Below, one piece after another: positions 61,685 through 64,000 of a stretch of 64,000 bases of DNA. The stretch is taken from the NCBI GenBank assembly GCA_024408235.1, contig JAKSVF010000001.1, positions 29,417-93,416 on the forward strand, read 5' to 3'. The notes under the pieces are model-generated. The model was not told the DNA's origin and made no database searches. It saw only the letters and a program-made list of their open reading frames with translations. The stretch is from Bacilli bacterium. Lineage in GTDB: Bacteria > Bacillota_I > Bacilli_A > RFN20 > CAG-826. The translations under genes and the position numbers were made by a program. How positions within the stretch are numbered: position 1 is the stretch's first letter; every line of letters begins with the position of its first letter.

Positions 61685-63349
61685 ATGGAACACACTAATT
61701 GGTACAAGGATGCTGTTATCTACCAGATTTATCCACGTTCATTTTGCGACAGGAATGGAGATGGAGTAGGTGATATACCTGGCATTATTTCAAAACTAGA
61801 TTACTTAAAGGACCTCGGAGTGAACTGCGTATGGCTTTCTCCTGTTTACGATTCGCCACAAGAGGACAACGGTTACGATATCGCTAATTACCGTGATATC
61901 TATAAGCCTTTCGGAACTCTTAAGGACTTTACTATGATGCTCGATGAAATGCATAAAAGGGGCATCCGTTTAGTCATGGATTTGGTCGTTAATCACACAT
62001 CCAGCGAACATGAGTGGTTCAAGAGCGCTATTTCGGACAAGAATTCGCCATACCGTGACTATTACATAATCAGAAAAGGTAAAGGCAAAAATGGAAAGAA
62101 GCCACCTAATAACTGGTCCGGATTCTTTGCTGAATCAACTTGGGAAAGGATTGGCGAGAGTGATGAATGGTATTTACATCTCTTCGCAAAAGGCCAGCCT
62201 GACCTCAACTGGGAAAACCCAAAGGTAAGAGAGGAAGTCAAAGATATCTTGAGATATTGGTTAGATATGGGTGTTGATGGCTTTAGATGCGATGTCATAA
62301 CCCTCATTTCCAAGAAACAGGATTTCAAGTCTAGATTCCCGACCCTCGCTTTATGCGGTAAAGACGCTTTTGTAATGGGTCCAAGACTTCATGAATACCT
62401 ACATGACTTATATAAAGACGTCTATGCGAACTATGATTGCATGACAGTCGGAGAAACGGTTCTTTCAAGTCTCGACGATGCCATTAGTCTTGTATCGCCG
62501 GAAAGAGAAGAACTTGATATGGTGTTCAACTTTGACCATACGGATGTCGATAACCATATGGGCGTTAAGTGGCTTTATAGAAAATTCAAACTCACGAACC
62601 TCAAAAAGGCGGTCCGCAAATGGCAAATCGGTTTAAAAGGCAAGGGCTGGAACTCTCTATTCATCGAAAATCATGACCAAAGAAGGTCAGTAGGGCGTTT
62701 CGGAACTGACGACAAGGAATTCCGCGTCATCTCAAGCAAAATGCTCTCAGCGACCTATTTCTTGCTTCAGGGAACGCCATTCATTTACCAGGGTCAAGAA
62801 CTTGGAATGACAAATGGAGATTTCGAATCAATCGATGATGTTGTAGATGTGGAGGCCCATAACGTTTACAAGCTAGGGCAGTCACTCCCAATACTTAAAC
62901 CGTTCCTTAAAAAGACATTAATGTCTTGCAACAGAGATAATGCAAGAACGCCTGTTCAGTGGGATGACTCACGCTATGCAGGATTCTCAGAAGCCAAGCC
63001 TTGGCTAAAGGTGAATAAGAATAAGAGTTTCATCAATGCAGAGGCAGCGATAAAAGATCCTGACTCAACTTACAATTTCTTCAAGAAGATAATTGAATTC
63101 AGAAAAGGAAATGATGTTATTAAAAACGGTGATTACATCGACCTGCTCCCTAGAAACAATTCCGTCTATGCCTATGTTAGAAAACTGGCTGATAAAGAAG
63201 TGGTTGTTATATCTAATTTCACGAATAAGAGACTCTCTTGCAAAATCCTTAAGGATTATAAGAAATACAATATTGTTTTGACAAATTATGTCGAAAAAGA
63301 AGATGATTATCTCAAACCATATGAGACAAGAGTCTTAATTAATTATTAA
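61685..63349 (+). CDS. GH13 alpha-glucosidase (oligo-1,6-glucosidase / GH13_31-like)
   Basis: N-terminus WYKDAVIYQIYPRSFCDRNGDGVGD, plus DLVVNHTS, GFRCDV (nucleophile Asp), GETV/E acid-base and NHD motifs. Confidence 0.9.
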   Translation: MEHTNWYKDAVIYQIYPRSFCDRNGDGVGDIPGIISKLDYLKDLGVNCVWLSPVYDSPQEDNGYDIANYRDIYKPFGTLKDFTMMLDEMHKRGIRLVMDLVVNHTSSEHEWFKSAISDKNSPYRDYYIIRKGKGKNGKKPPNNWSGFFAESTWERIGESDEWYLHLFAKGQPDLNWENPKVREEVKDILRYWLDMGVDGFRCDVITLISKKQDFKSRFPTLALCGKDAFVMGPRLHEYLHDLYKDVYANYDCMTVGETVLSSLDDAISLVSPEREELDMVFNFDHTDVDNHMGVKWLYRKFKLTNLKKAVRKWQIGLKGKGWNSLFIENHDQRRSVGRFGTDDKEFRVISSKMLSATYFLLQGTPFIYQGQELGMTNGDFESIDDVVDVEAHNVYKLGQSLPILKPFLKKTLMSCNRDNARTPVQWDDSRYAGFSEAKPWLKVNKNKSFINAEAAIKDPDSTYNFFKKIIEFRKGNDVIKNGDYIDLLPRNNSVYAYVRKLADKEVVVISNFTNKRLSCKILKDYKKYNIVLTNYVEKEDDYLKPYETRVLINY

Positions 63350-63372
63350 TGTAGCCAATAGGAGGTACTTTT

Positions 63373-64000
63373 ATGGCATTACATGATACATATGATGGAA
63401 GCTTGGTTCCTAAAAGAACAAAAGGCTTCTACTGCGGTATTGCTCCGTTTAGAGACGCATGCTACACGCTGGTCTCGATGTTCCTTATCGCATTCATCCA
63501 GTACTCTGGCGTTCTTACTAGAGGACTTGGCGCGGGGGCAACTCAGGCCGAGAAGACAGCGATGTTCGTCGCTGCGTATGGCGTTATTTCCGCATTAGTA
63601 ATCGGATATCGAATCTTCGACGCTTTAAATGATCCATTCATGGGCGTCATCATCGAGAAGATTCACTTCAAATCCGGCAAATATAAACCATGGATTCTCC
63701 TTGGCGGCTTAACTAACACAATCGTTGTTCTCGCTCTATTCTGCGGACCAACAATCTTCCCATGGCTTTCAGGCTGGGCATATGTAGCCTGGTTCGCTGT
63801 TTTCTATCTCCTTTGGGGACTGACATTCACAATGAACGACATCGCTTATTGGGGTATGCTTCCATCCCTAACTTCAGAAGAAAAGCAGAGAACACAGATC
63901 ACAACTCTCATGTCCATCTGCTGTTCGCTTGGACAATTCCTTGTAGCAGGACTTGCTCCAATCCTTGCTTCAAGCATGGGCTATGGAATCTATGTTCCGA
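63373..64000 (+). CDS. Second GPH-family glycoside symporter, 3'-partial (runs off the window)
   Basis: Frame translated manually: MALHDTYDGSLVPKRTKGFY...GYRIFDALNDPFMGVIIEK...NDIAYWGMLPSLT, which are the GPH signatures. An AGGAGG RBS precedes it. It is absent from the ORF track because there is no stop in the window. Confidence 0.8.
   Translation, partial: MALHDTYDGSLVPKRTKGFYCGIAPFRDACYTLVSMFLIAFIQYSGVLTRGLGAGATQAEKTAMFVAAYGVISALVIGYRIFDALNDPFMGVIIEKIHFKSGKYKPWILLGGLTNTIVVLALFCGPTIFPWLSGWAYVAWFAVFYLLWGLTFTMNDIAYWGMLPSLTSEEKQRTQITTLMSICCSLGQFLVAGLAPILASSMGYGIYVP

Noticed and set aside
63383-63598. 71-aa ORF on the track at the right edge
   Set aside because: It lies out of frame inside a much better gene: the 63373-onward GPH transporter, which has an AGGAGG RBS and MelB-family motifs. 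The short ORF is a frame artefact.

Overview
This window reads as a low-GC Gram-positive (Firmicutes-type) chromosome using the standard genetic code: long ORFs end at TGA and Trp is TGG, so the Mollicute code was rejected. Coding density is high, almost all genes are on the + strand, and I found no rRNA, tRNA, CRISPR array or mobile element. The left ~52 kb is mostly housekeeping. It holds a 5'-truncated giant protein (>1,690 aa) with six diverged ~210-aa tandem repeats. It also holds yigZ with an Xaa-Pro peptidase, glpK, addB-addA with a coupled unknown gene, a TGS-uridine-kinase fusion, pncA and a complete atpIBEFHAGDC operon with an ATP-grasp gene appended. Further along are ppa, an RqcH/FbpA-like gene, gmk, and a reduced priA-rsmB(like)-rlmN-PP2C-STK-rpe operon with rpmB opposite. 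These are followed by glgC-glgD-glgA, leuS, gdhA, coaX with a PanT-like ECF S component, a PepV-like peptidase, and a trmB-ytpR(like)-NAPRTase(like)-TRIC operon. The right ~11.5 kb (52.4-64.0 kb) is the accessory part and holds the most interesting candidate. It encodes a LacI regulator, a GPH-family glycoside symporter, a YihQ-like GH31 glycosidase, a short TalC/FSA-type transaldolase, a YihU-like beta-hydroxyacid reductase, a FucI/AraA-superfamily isomerase and a TauE/SafE exporter. This gene set and order match a sulfoquinovose 'sulfo-TAL' sulfoglycolysis cluster. However, the sulfonate- and phosphate-binding arginines expected in the glycosidase and the transaldolase appear to be replaced, so substrate specificity may differ. 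Next to it is an alpha-glucoside unit: a ROK-like regulator, a GH13 alpha-glucosidase and a second GPH transporter. Several rho-independent terminators and sigma-A-like promoters are visible.
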